A stretch of 64,000 nt of DNA from Kiritimatiellia bacterium (GTDB lineage: Bacteria; Verrucomicrobiota; Kiritimatiellia; WLWN01), in assembly GCA_012103575.1 (NCBI GenBank), contig WLWN01000001.1:75792-139791 (forward strand). The letters are read 5' to 3'. Positions 49,959 to 59,931 of the stretch are shown here, one piece after another. The notes below the pieces were generated by a model. That model was not told where the DNA came from, made no database searches, and saw only the letters and a list, made by a program, of their open reading frames with translations. How positions within the stretch are numbered: position 1 is the first letter of the stretch; each line of letters starts with the position of its first letter. The translations under genes were made by a program, and so were the position numbers.

Positions 49959-51183
49959 GAGAATTGTAATATTAAATGCCCAAAAGAAGATATTGTAAAA
50001 CAGGAGTGTTCCATGCCGAAATCTTCTAGATTTAAAAACTCGACAGAAGACAAAAAAAGGAGAAAGACATGGAACAAATCAAGAGTAGTATTCATCCCCG
50101 AAAAGGCAAGCATTTGACACAGAAAGAACGGATCATGATTGAAACAATGCTCAAAAACCCAGGACGTCCTTTGGAGATAGCTACTAGCTATCTGGGAAGG
50201 CATCGTCGAACCATAGAGCGCGAAATCAAACGTGGGGAGGTAGAGCATTTCGATACAGAGCCGCGAAAGAAGAAAGCATACAGCAGTGATCGAGCCCAGG
50301 AACTTCATGATCTAAATGCGACGGCCAAGGGACCTGAGCTTAAGCTTGGAAAGCATCATGAAACGGCTGTGTTTATCAGCGAGCACATTCTTGCTCACAA
50401 GCGCTCACCCGATGTGGTTGCTCCTTTGCTTAAACAAGAGCAGAGACCTGCAGCGGTGAGTACAAAAACGCTGTATACCTATATTGACCAAGGTCTCATC
50501 CCGGGGGTGAGCAACGAGTCCCTATGGGAAAAACGAAAACGGATAAAACGAAAAAGACGTGCTATTAAGCGGGTTAAAAAGCAACATGCCCGAAGGACCA
50601 GTATCGAAAAACGACCTAAAACCGTAGAAAAACGCGAGGAATCTGGGCACTGGGAATTGGATTTGATCGTCGGCGGAAAAGGAACTTCAAAACCGGTTTT
50701 AATGACGTTAGTAGAAAGAAAGACCCGAATGCTAAGGGTGAGAAAACTTTCGGATAAAACACAGGCATCGGTTCTGCAGGCCCTCAAAGCGATCGAAAGA
50801 TCGATGGGAGTTGGCCCATTCAGATCGATGTTCAAGTCGATTACAGCCGATAACGGGAGCGAGTTTCTCGACGTGGAGCAGATGGAACGTTCCGGATTTA
50901 GCAAAAAGAGACGTGTTAAACTCTATTATGCTCACCCGTATTCTTCCTGGGAACGAGGCTCCAACGAAAATGCCAACCGTATGGTTTGTCGTTTCGTCGC
51001 CAAAGGAGACAACATCGGAAAATATACCATCGACCGTATTGGTGAGATTGAAAAGCGGATTAACAACTATCCTCGCAAGATCCTAGAATACAAACCCGCA
51101 CAGGAGTGTTTCGATTTGGAGATCGCCGCATGAACAGAAGCTCTCAGGTCCATTTTTTGCGGCATTTAATTTTACAATCCACC
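49959..51183 (+). mobile_element. IS30-family element (type 2), copy B
   Basis: Same termini as copy A; right end abuts a MITE-1 copy lacking its first ~8 TIR nucleotides. Confidence 0.75.
50069..51133 (+). CDS. IS30-family transposase (354 aa)
   Basis: Near-identical to 42692-43756 product (few substitutions). Confidence 0.8.
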   Translation: MEQIKSSIHPRKGKHLTQKERIMIETMLKNPGRPLEIATSYLGRHRRTIEREIKRGEVEHFDTEPRKKKAYSSDRAQELHDLNATAKGPELKLGKHHETAVFISEHILAHKRSPDVVAPLLKQEQRPAAVSTKTLYTYIDQGLIPGVSNESLWEKRKRIKRKRRAIKRVKKQHARRTSIEKRPKTVEKREESGHWELDLIVGGKGTSKPVLMTLVERKTRMLRVRKLSDKTQASVLQALKAIERSMGVGPFRSMFKSITADNGSEFLDVEQMERSGFSKKRRVKLYYAHPYSSWERGSNENANRMVCRFVAKGDNIGKYTIDRIGEIEKRINNYPRKILEYKPAQECFDLEIAA

Positions 51184-51338
51184 CGTCAGTTAAACGCGGT
51201 TTTCTGCATGAACCATTTGGGCCAAAAGGAATTACAAAAAAACCTCGACGCACCCAGTGGGTGCGCCTGCGTTTTTTTGCAACCTTTTGCCTCCAAAGCA
51301 TTCGCACAGAAATCCCACGTTTAACTGACGGATCCAGG
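51184..51338 (+). mobile_element. MITE-1 copy 4 (left TIR truncated at IS junction)
   Basis: Begins CGTCAGTTAAACG directly after IS30 type 2 end; right TIR intact; ends 25 bp upstream of serS ATG. Confidence 0.65.
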
Positions 51339-51363
51339 AAATAGAAAGATGGGGAGCCACCAT

Positions 51364-52632
51364 ATGCTCGATTTAAAAATAGTTAGGAACGAGATCGGTC
51401 GTGTTCGGGATGGAATCCGTTCTCGATCTGTCGATATTGATTTGGATGTTGTGGTACAGTGTGATCAACAACGTCGGCTGCTTCTTCAAGACGTTGAGTC
51501 TTTGAAAAGTGAGCGAAACCGTGTCTCTAAAGAGATTGGAGCTCTTAAAAAGAGTGGTGAAGATGCTTCGGCAAAACAAGAGGCCATGCGGTCGGTGGGT
51601 ATCCGTATCAACCAGTTAGATCAAGAGATTCGTGAAGTTGAAACCCACTTACACGATCTATTGCTAGCGATTCCTAATATGCCTCATGAAAGCGTTCCCC
51701 TTGGGCAAGATGATGCAGCCAATAAATTAGTGCGTACGCATGGAGCACCCAAACATTTTTCTTTTACCCCTCGATCTCATGGGGAATTGGGTGAGAAACT
51801 ACGGCTTTTTGATTTTGAACGTGCAACCCGTATGAGTGGCGCAGGATTTCCGTTGTTGCTGGGTCAGGGAGCTCGTTTGGAGCGAGCCTTAATTCAGTTT
51901 ATGTTAGATCTACATATCAAAGAGCATGGGTACACAGAAATTGCGCCCCCTTTATTGTGTACACCAGCGGCTATGACAGGGACGGGCCAATTACCGAAGA
52001 TGGCCGAAGATGTGTATCATATCGTTGGCGATGATCTCTATTTGATTCCTACTGCTGAAGTCTCTGTAACGAATTATTATAGAGAAGAGGTTATACAGAA
52101 TCCATTGCCTTTATTGTTTGTGGCATACACACCCTGTTTTAGACGGGAAGCCGGTGCAGCGGGTAAAGATACCCGTGGACTGATCCGTGTACATCAATTT
52201 AATAAAGTGGAGATGGTAAAATTTGTCGAGCCCGATCGATCGTATGATGAGCTTGGATTTCTTGTTAAAGATGCAGAAGATGTTTTGCAGCGATTAGGGT
52301 TGCATTATCGTGTACGTGAACTGTGTACCGGAGACCTAAGTTTTGCCGCGGCTAAATGTTATGATATAGAGCTTTGGGCCCCGGGCCAGCAGGATTGGTT
52401 AGAGGTCTCTTCATGTAGCAATTTTGAAGCGTTTCAGGCGCGTCGTGCGAATATCCGGTACCGAAACAGTGAAGGAAAAACAACATTTGTTCATACATTG
52501 AACGGTTCTGGGGTTGCTTTGCCGCGTTTAATGGTTGCTATTTTGGAAAATGGGCAGGAAGAAGACGGCTCCGTTTCTTTGCCCGAAGCGCTATGGCCTT
52601 ATATGGGGGGCGTGCAACGACTGACGGCATAG
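51364..52632 (+). CDS. serS: seryl-tRNA synthetase
   Basis: MLDLKIVRNE start with GGGGAG 9 nt upstream; class II aaRS motifs; track ORF begins 15 nt earlier at 51349. Confidence 0.9.
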   Translation: MLDLKIVRNEIGRVRDGIRSRSVDIDLDVVVQCDQQRRLLLQDVESLKSERNRVSKEIGALKKSGEDASAKQEAMRSVGIRINQLDQEIREVETHLHDLLLAIPNMPHESVPLGQDDAANKLVRTHGAPKHFSFTPRSHGELGEKLRLFDFERATRMSGAGFPLLLGQGARLERALIQFMLDLHIKEHGYTEIAPPLLCTPAAMTGTGQLPKMAEDVYHIVGDDLYLIPTAEVSVTNYYREEVIQNPLPLLFVAYTPCFRREAGAAGKDTRGLIRVHQFNKVEMVKFVEPDRSYDELGFLVKDAEDVLQRLGLHYRVRELCTGDLSFAAAKCYDIELWAPGQQDWLEVSSCSNFEAFQARRANIRYRNSEGKTTFVHTLNGSGVALPRLMVAILENGQEEDGSVSLPEALWPYMGGVQRLTA

Positions 52633-52717
52633 ATGTTACCTTAAAAAGAAGAACGTTTAGAGGCCTTTAAATCCCAGAACAATAGAATATCCAAAATCCG
52701 CCATCCGCCATCCAATT

Positions 52718-54133
52718 ATGCTTCGTCAGGTACAGAAGACAATAAAGGGTCATCAACTCATTTTTTCAGGTCAACATATCCTTATTGGGGTTTCTGGGGG
52801 CGCTGATTCTGTAGCATTAACCTGTCTTCTTCATCATTTACAATCTCGCCTTAAAGTGAAGCTGACGCTCGTTCATCTGAATCACAAGATACGCGGTCAG
52901 CGAGCTGATGAAGATCAACGATTTGTCGAAGCATTAGCTAACAAGCTGGGGTTAGCGTTCATTACCCAAACACGTAATATACCACGATTAGCTCGTGAAA
53001 AAAAATGGTCTTTGGAAATGGCTGCTCGGGAAGCTAGACATGACTTTTATAGAAGCACATTGAAACGATTCGGCACTCAAAGCATGGCCCTTGCTCACAC
53101 GTCCGATGATCAGGCTGAAACGGTTCTTCTTAAATTGGTGCGCGGTGCGGGCGTCCAAGGGTTGAGCGCTATGGATTATCAGTGTCAGCTGAAAGGGATC
53201 CATGTGGTTCGCCCTATGCTAGATGTGACGCACCAGGCCGCGATCGATTTCCTTAAAAAACGCGGGCAAGAATGGCGCGAAGATGAGAGCAATCAGGATT
53301 TTCGTTTTCAGCGAAATCGAGTTCGACATGAAGTGATTCCTTTGCTTGAAGCGACATTGAATCCGTCTCTTCGGCAAGCTTTAGTCCGAACAGCCGATCT
53401 CTGTAGAGAAGAAAATAAGTGGATGAACGATCTAACGTGCTATATGTTTGATGCAAGTTTGGATCCTGTATATCCTGCAGCGTTGAAGCTTGATGTGGTT
53501 AATCAATACTCGATTGCTGCTAGAAGGCGAATCCTTTTGTGTTGGCTGACTAAACATCATGTTGATGTGGGTCGCATTGATTATCAATTGATTGATCGTT
53601 TGCTCTCATTGATAAGGTGCTCAGCAGGAACAAAAAATTTATCTGTATCAAAAGATGTGCGTGTGATTCGTAACTATGACCGTTTGTTGATCGAGAGAAA
53701 TAAGGATGGGGTTCTTTCTCCTTTTAAAATTCAGATAAAGGCCCCTGGTATTACATGCTGTTTTGACCAAAACATCCGTGTACAAACAACATGGGCCCGT
53801 GGATGGGTAAAGCAGGAAAGGGGACCTGTAGGCGATTTTCCGGCCCACGCCTTTTTGAATGCACAACGAATAGGCTGGGCAAAAATCTATATCCGTTCCT
53901 GGAATCCAGGGGATCGGTTTAACCCGTTGGGATTCAAAGGCTCTAAAAAAATTCAGGATATTTTCGTCGATCAAAAAGTGCCTCAACAAAAACGACCCAT
54001 GATACCACTCGTTCAGTGTCGCGATGAAATCATTTGGGTCCCTGGATATCAGATTGCTTGTGGTTGGGAGGTAAAGGATTCCCAAACCCGCACATTACAT
54101 ATAACCATGGAGTTGGTTCCACATAATAAATAG
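52718..54133 (+). CDS. tilS: tRNA(Ile)-lysidine synthase
   Basis: PP-loop SGGADS motif. Confidence 0.85.
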   Translation: MLRQVQKTIKGHQLIFSGQHILIGVSGGADSVALTCLLHHLQSRLKVKLTLVHLNHKIRGQRADEDQRFVEALANKLGLAFITQTRNIPRLAREKKWSLEMAAREARHDFYRSTLKRFGTQSMALAHTSDDQAETVLLKLVRGAGVQGLSAMDYQCQLKGIHVVRPMLDVTHQAAIDFLKKRGQEWREDESNQDFRFQRNRVRHEVIPLLEATLNPSLRQALVRTADLCREENKWMNDLTCYMFDASLDPVYPAALKLDVVNQYSIAARRRILLCWLTKHHVDVGRIDYQLIDRLLSLIRCSAGTKNLSVSKDVRVIRNYDRLLIERNKDGVLSPFKIQIKAPGITCCFDQNIRVQTTWARGWVKQERGPVGDFPAHAFLNAQRIGWAKIYIRSWNPGDRFNPLGFKGSKKIQDIFVDQKVPQQKRPMIPLVQCRDEIIWVPGYQIACGWEVKDSQTRTLHITMELVPHNK

Positions 54134-54362
54134 ACCTTCATGTTCGATTATCCATTGCATAGTTTTTACTGGGGTGATACGATTAACCCGCTTTAAATAA
54201 AAACACTACAGTGACACGTAGCGAAAGTCGCAGTCTATTCATATAGAAATTTTAGCGTTTCAGGTGTCAGAGCTCAGAAGTCAGGTCAATTTTCCCCTCT
54301 CCCAGAGGGAGAAGGATTGTGTTTATTAATTCTCGTCGTAGTGATGCCTAAAGAAAGATAAG

Positions 54363-56351
54363 ATGGAAGAAAAACAAAAAAAAGAAAAAGGAAATGATTC
54401 AAATCAACAGCGTTTTTCTGTGCGTGGATTAGTTATGTGGCTTTTACTGCTTGCGCTTTGTTTAAGTATGTTTCAAGTATTTTCCCATGGCCATGAAAAG
54501 TATGTGAAAATCGATTTATACCCCGATTTTTACAAGTTACTAGATAACGATCGAATCTCAAAATGTGAACTCGTCAAGGAAGTGTCTGGCGTTATGTTTA
54601 TTCGTGGAGAGCAGGTTGATGTGGACGAAAAAACAAAACTTCCCCGTAAATTTAAAGTTTTTGTGATGGGTAAAGGGGACGAGATTCAGAAGCTATTGCT
54701 CGAAAAAGGGATTCCAACGGAAGCAAAATATCAAAATCCATATGTATGGGAAATTCTATCTGCGGCCATCCCTTTTCTTCTTGTACTTGGATTACTTTAT
54801 TTTCTCTTTATTCGACAGATGCGCATAGCGGGTAAAGGCGCGATGAGTTTTGGTAAGAGCCGCGCACGCATGCTGACCCGTGATCGGAACAAAATAACGT
54901 TTGAACATGTAGCGGGTATTGATGAAGCGAAAGAAGAAGTACATGAAATTATTGAATTTCTTCGTGATCCTAAAAAATTCCAAAAATTAGGTGGAAGAAT
55001 TCCTAAAGGGGTCCTTTTGGTCGGATCTCCGGGTACCGGTAAAACCTTATTAGCTAAAGCGATTGCGGGAGAAGCAGATGTGCCTTTTTTCAGTATTAGC
55101 GGTTCTGATTTTGTAGAGATGTTTGTAGGGGTGGGTGCTTCTCGTGTACGTGATATGTTTGAGCAAGGTCGAAAACAAGCTCCATGTATTGTTTTTATTG
55201 ATGAGATTGATGCGGTAGGCCGTAGTCGTTTTAGCGGTATTGGAGGAGGCCATGATGAACGTGAACAGACCTTGAATGCTTTATTAGTGGAGATGGATGG
55301 ATTCGAGACCCAAGAAGGGGTGATTATTATCGCCGCGACAAATCGGCCAGATGTACTAGATCAAGCGCTGCTCAGACCGGGTCGTTTTGATCGTCAAATT
55401 GCTATAGATCTACCCTCCCTCGAAGGGCGTGAATCCATTCTAAAGATCCATGCTGAAAAAGTAACACTATCTCAAGTAGCAGATTTACGTCGTATTGCTC
55501 GCGGGACACCTGGGTTCTCAGGTGCTGACTTAGCCAATCTTGTTAATGAAGCAGCCCTATTAGCTGCGCGTCGTGAGGCTGAGGTCATTGAAACAGCTGA
55601 TTTAGAAGAAGCGCGTGATAAAGTGCGTTGGGGACGAGAACGGCGAAGTCGACTTTTGGATGATCACGAGAAAAAACTAACAGCCTATCATGAAGCGGGC
55701 CATGCTATTACCATGCAATTGGAGGAAGAGAGTGAGCCCTTACATAAAGTAACCATTATACCGCGTGGCCAATCACTCGGTTCTACCATGCAGTTACCTG
55801 AAAAAGATAGATATACCGAAAGCAAGAGAAAGCTTTTAGCCATGCTCGTTGGTTTAATGGGAGGACGCGCGGCTGAAGAAATTGTTTTCGGTGACATTAC
55901 AACAGGCGCTTGTAGTGATTTAAAACAGGCTACCTCCATTGCGCGATCGATGGTGTGTGAGTGGGGCATGAGTTCTCTTCTAGGCGCTCAATCATTTGGG
56001 AATAAGGAGGAGCTTCTGTTTCTAGGGCGTGAGGTCAATAAAACGCAGGAATATAGTGAAGAAACGGCAACAAAGATCGATCAAGAAATCAGTCGTATCA
56101 TGCAAGAAGCCTATAATCGCGCCATGAATCTTCTCAAAGAAAATAGAGATCTTTTGGAAGCATTAGCCAACCTTCTTTTGGAGCGAGAAACCGTGGATGG
56201 ACGCGAAGTGGAAAAATTGGTTAAGCATGGACGTTTGCTAACGGACGAGGAACGAGGCCCTATAGAAACTGCTGAAAAAAAAGAGATTGAGCCTGTTTCT
56301 CAAACTCCAGAAACAGCGCCTGAATCGCCTGCGGTTCCGCTTGATGCGTAG
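54363..56351 (+). CDS. ftsH: ATP-dependent zinc metalloprotease FtsH
   Basis: Walker [12 protein letters not shown] second region, HEAGH zinc site, N-terminal TM helices. Confidence 0.9.
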   Translation: MEEKQKKEKGNDSNQQRFSVRGLVMWLLLLALCLSMFQVFSHGHEKYVKIDLYPDFYKLLDNDRISKCELVKEVSGVMFIRGEQVDVDEKTKLPRKFKVFVMGKGDEIQKLLLEKGIPTEAKYQNPYVWEILSAAIPFLLVLGLLYFLFIRQMRIAGKGAMSFGKSRARMLTRDRNKITFEHVAGIDEAKEEVHEIIEFLRDPKKFQKLGGRIPKGVLLVGSPGTGKTLLAKAIAGEADVPFFSISGSDFVEMFVGVGASRVRDMFEQGRKQAPCIVFIDEIDAVGRSRFSGIGGGHDEREQTLNALLVEMDGFETQEGVIIIAATNRPDVLDQALLRPGRFDRQIAIDLPSLEGRESILKIHAEKVTLSQVADLRRIARGTPGFSGADLANLVNEAALLAARREAEVIETADLEEARDKVRWGRERRSRLLDDHEKKLTAYHEAGHAITMQLEEESEPLHKVTIIPRGQSLGSTMQLPEKDRYTESKRKLLAMLVGLMGGRAAEEIVFGDITTGACSDLKQATSIARSMVCEWGMSSLLGAQSFGNKEELLFLGREVNKTQEYSEETATKIDQEISRIMQEAYNRAMNLLKENRDLLEALANLLLERETVDGREVEKLVKHGRLLTDEERGPIETAEKKEIEPVSQTPETAPESPAVPLDA

Positions 56352-56388
56352 ATCCTGAATATGGATACTCCATCCTGGATAATAGAAG

Positions 56389-57357
56389 ATGAATCGTAGA
56401 ATCGAAGATTCTAGTATCAAGCATCAGGCATCCAACACCAAGCATTCAATATCCAGCCCCCAGTCCTTGCCATCAAAGCGCTCATCGTTCATCTGGGCAT
56501 GCCGAGACCAAGTTGTGCAGCTAGGTCCTCGAACGCTTATTATGGGGATTCTAAATGTAACCCCTGACTCTTTTTTTGATGGAGGTAATTACTTTACCCT
56601 TGATCAAGCTATTCAACGCGGATTAACCATGGTAAAGGAGGGGGCCGATATCATTGACGTGGGTGGAGAGTCAACACAACCGGATTCCGTACGTATATCG
56701 GTTCAGGAAGAATTGAAGCGTGTCATTCCTGTTGTAAGAGAACTTGTCAAACAAGGAAATACACTGATTTCCGTGGATACAATGAAAGCCGATGTGGCTC
56801 GGGAAGCGGTTCGGGAGGGGGCTCACATTATTAATGATATTTCGGGGTTAACCTTTGATCCAGAAATGGTTGAGCTGGTTTGTCAATCACGTGTTGGTGT
56901 TCTGATAGTGCATATGCAAGGACAACCGGAAAACATGCAGCAAAATCCAACGTATGAGGATGTTATTAGTGAGGTCCATGAATATTTGTTATCGCGCGTT
57001 GCTGTCCTGGTTAAAAAAGGGGTCGCTTTAAACAGGATTGCTATTGATCCTGGCATTGGATTTGGTAAAACAGTAGAACATAATCTAAAATTGTTAATGG
57101 CGGTAAACCGTTTTACATGTCAACGACCTATCGTTGTCGGCCTTTCTCGAAAAAGGTTTCTAGGCACTTTAACCCATAGATCGACAGATGAACGACTTTC
57201 GGCAAGTTTAGGGGCTGCCGCGTATGCCATAGGGCGTGGTGCTCATGTTTTACGTGTTCATGATGTCCAGGAAACAGGTGATGTGGCAAAGGTCGTAGAC
57301 CGTCTTTTAAAAGAGGAATATAATGGTACAGGTATGGAACCAGATCCGTGCGATTGA
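56389..57357 (+). CDS. folP: dihydropteroate synthase
   Basis: GILNVTPDSFFDGG motif; true start may be downstream of 56389 (non-ATG). Confidence 0.8.
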   Translation: MNRRIEDSSIKHQASNTKHSISSPQSLPSKRSSFIWACRDQVVQLGPRTLIMGILNVTPDSFFDGGNYFTLDQAIQRGLTMVKEGADIIDVGGESTQPDSVRISVQEELKRVIPVVRELVKQGNTLISVDTMKADVAREAVREGAHIINDISGLTFDPEMVELVCQSRVGVLIVHMQGQPENMQQNPTYEDVISEVHEYLLSRVAVLVKKGVALNRIAIDPGIGFGKTVEHNLKLLMAVNRFTCQRPIVVGLSRKRFLGTLTHRSTDERLSASLGAAAYAIGRGAHVLRVHDVQETGDVAKVVDRLLKEEYNGTGMEPDPCD

Positions 57358-58192
57358 GTTTAGTGCATTGCTCGAGATATTCGCTTTGGCGATTTTATTC
57401 TATTACTTGATTTTGTTTTTTAAAGGGACACGTGGGGCTGCGGTGCTTACGGGATTTATGTTGGTGTTTATTGTCCTGTTGATCTTAACTCAAATTTTTC
57501 GGCTCGATACACTCAATTGGATTTTACAACGGTTTTCGGGTTTTCTAGTCATTGCCTTTGTTATCATTTTTCAACCAGAAATTCGTCGGGCCCTTGCTGA
57601 ATTAGGGAAACAACATGTTTTTGTGTCTACAAAAAGCGAACGGAGTTTGATCGATGATATTGTCAAAGCTGTTTTGCATTTAGCCGAACGAAAGATCGGG
57701 GCGCTGGTTGCCATTGAACGTGAAATTGGAATGCGTGCGATTCAGGAGTCTGGCACAAGAGTCGATAGTTTGGTGACACCTGAACTATTAGCCACTATTT
57801 TTTTCCCTCAAACCCCGCTCCATGATGGGGGGGTTATTATTCAAAGAAATCGTGTCGTGGCTGCGGGTTGTTTTTTCCCCCTTTCTCAGCGGGCTGAGCT
57901 TAGTAAATCATTGGGGACCAGGCATCGTGCAGCTATTGGGATTACCGAAGAAACCGATTCGTTGGTGATTGTTGTATCGGAAGAAACAGGCGCTATATCG
58001 GTCGCCTATAATGGGCGGTTGAGTAGAGGGTTAGATGAAGAACGCCTACGTCGATTATTATCTGGGGTTTTAATTCGGCGGAAAAAAAAGACCCAAACGC
58101 GACTCACAAAAATGCAAGAACAATTGGATCTCACGCCTGAAGGCGTTGCCAGGGCAGATGATTTAGCAGCGGAGTCAGAACATGTCGGATAA
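57323..58192 (+). CDS. cdaA: diadenylate cyclase (c-di-AMP synthase)
   Basis: N-terminal TM helices; DAC domain with LHDGGV and TRHRAA motifs. Confidence 0.85.
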   Translation: MVQVWNQIRAIEFSALLEIFALAILFYYLILFFKGTRGAAVLTGFMLVFIVLLILTQIFRLDTLNWILQRFSGFLVIAFVIIFQPEIRRALAELGKQHVFVSTKSERSLIDDIVKAVLHLAERKIGALVAIEREIGMRAIQESGTRVDSLVTPELLATIFFPQTPLHDGGVIIQRNRVVAAGCFFPLSQRAELSKSLGTRHRAAIGITEETDSLVIVVSEETGAISVAYNGRLSRGLDEERLRRLLSGVLIRRKKKTQTRLTKMQEQLDLTPEGVARADDLAAESEHVG

Positions 58193-59132
58193 GTGGCCAG
58201 GATTAGAACGAGGCGTGTTTAGCCATAAAGGTCTTAAAATAGCGGCCTTGGTGTTAGCCGTGATTACTTGGTTTGCTGTTCATAAAGCGATACGTTTTGA
58301 GACAGAAGTAGATGATATTCCGATCACCATATTAGTGGATCAAGGATGGGCTGTATTGGAGCGGTCTGCGGATACCGTCAATGTTCGGTTCCGTGGGGCC
58401 CAAGAAGATATCTTGCCTCTTCGCGCGGATACGATTCAGGCCGTTATTGACATTAAAGGTCAATCCTTTGAAGGAACGCGGACCATCGAGATCGAGCCTA
58501 AACATGTCAGAGTACATGGCGCCGCACGGCCGGTATTGATTCGGCCAAAAAAAATTACACTGCGCTTGGATCAGGAAGCGGAAAAATTAGTGCCTGTAAA
58601 AGTGGATATGAAAGGAACGGCTTCACCGGGGTATGAAATCGAAAAAGTAGAGATTTCACCGCTATCGGTTATGCTTAGAGGTCCTAGCAAGTTGATCGAA
58701 AACATCCATGAACTGCGTACAAAACCGATTGATATTGAGGGACGTGTACAATCCTTCAAAATCCGGACAGACTTTCTTTCACCAAGCACAGATTGGGTGG
58801 GGTATATTGATCCGGAAAAAGTGACGGTTGATGTGACCTTTGTTGAACGGTCAACGTATAAAAGCTTTGAACAAGTGTCTTTACACGTCCTGATGAATCC
58901 AGGGATCAGTCCTTCTGTCACGATCAATCCAGCCTATGTGCAGATAAAAATAAAGGGCCGTTCAGAGGTTGTAGAATCGCTTGAACAAGACTGGATTACC
59001 GCGTATGTCGATGGTTCTTCTTTAAAATCTGCTGCACGGTATCAGTTGCCTGTTCGTGTTCATGCGCCTACGAGGATCATCGTAGAAAGTATTGTTCCTG
59101 ATACGGTAGATATTAGTATCGGCGATTTGTAG
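58182..59132 (+). CDS. cdaR: YbbR-domain protein, CdaA regulator
   Basis: Overlaps cdaA end; N-terminal TM segment then repeated YbbR-like beta-rich domains. Confidence 0.6.
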   Translation: MSDKWPGLERGVFSHKGLKIAALVLAVITWFAVHKAIRFETEVDDIPITILVDQGWAVLERSADTVNVRFRGAQEDILPLRADTIQAVIDIKGQSFEGTRTIEIEPKHVRVHGAARPVLIRPKKITLRLDQEAEKLVPVKVDMKGTASPGYEIEKVEISPLSVMLRGPSKLIENIHELRTKPIDIEGRVQSFKIRTDFLSPSTDWVGYIDPEKVTVDVTFVERSTYKSFEQVSLHVLMNPGISPSVTINPAYVQIKIKGRSEVVESLEQDWITAYVDGSSLKSAARYQLPVRVHAPTRIIVESIVPDTVDISIGDL

Positions 59133-59157
59133 ACCCGACTGGATTATAGGGGATTAA

Positions 59158-59931
59158 CTATTTCTTCGGATACCTTCCGGCTAGCGCATTTCGAATGATG
59201 TCTTGAGTATCGGATGGAAAATCAGTTTTAAGTATCCACTTCAGAAACCCAGGGTCGTCCGTCGCTAGATTTCGCAATGTGCGCCCTTTATTCTTTCCAA
59301 AATTAATAACCGCTTCCTCGCTTTCCCATTTTAGTCTTCCCGTATAATCGATCCATGCTCTATCTCGAGGGTTGCAATATTCGTTCAAGCTTTTTGGTGT
59401 GTGGGGTAAATCTGGATATGTATCTAGTTGTCCTTCTAATACATGAATAGTGGCCTCAACATCTTTCAATGCGCCATGAGCGCCTGTATGTTTCTTGCCA
59501 CAATAGAACGCTAAAGCAGCCGATAAATCGCGTGGTTCCTTTTTATGGTAAATACGTTGAGCGTCGATTATCTGTCGACCTTCAAGGATAAAAGGGATGC
59601 CGGCCCGGGCATACTCTTCACAAAGCAAGGGGATATCAAAATGAACAATATTAAAACCACCAAGATCACAGTTCTCGAGTCGATGTATAACGTCGGGTGC
59701 AATCTCTTTAAAGAATGTTGCCTGTTCTACGTCGGCATCTGTAATTCCATGAATATCCGTTGACTCTTTGGGGATCGGTATTCCTGGATTTACACGATAG
59801 GTGTAATCTTTTTGTTCGCCGTTTGGCATGATTTTGATAATCGCTAAATCAATAACTCGATCGGTCTTGCGATTAATGCCGGTTGACTCAATGTCAAATA
59901 CAGCTAGAGGTCTTTCTAGATTTAGCTTCAC
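59158..59931 (-). CDS. DEDDh-family 3'-5' exonuclease (DnaQ-like) with C-terminal extension
   Basis: Exo motifs FDIESTG, VHFDIPLL, HGALKDVEA; GTG start overlapping upstream stop. Confidence 0.7.
   Translation of the reverse strand: MKLNLERPLAVFDIESTGINRKTDRVIDLAIIKIMPNGEQKDYTYRVNPGIPIPKESTDIHGITDADVEQATFFKEIAPDVIHRLENCDLGGFNIVHFDIPLLCEEYARAGIPFILEGRQIIDAQRIYHKKEPRDLSAALAFYCGKKHTGAHGALKDVEATIHVLEGQLDTYPDLPHTPKSLNEYCNPRDRAWIDYTGRLKWESEEAVINFGKNKGRTLRNLATDDPGFLKWILKTDFPSDTQDIIRNALAGRYPKK

Noticed and set aside
42642-51183. Three-bp target-site duplication ACC flanking the IS30 type 2-bounded island
   Set aside because: ACC follows both outward-facing IS right ends, so on one strand the flanks are GGT and ACC (reverse complements, not direct repeats); more likely the last 3 nt of the IS terminus than a target duplication.
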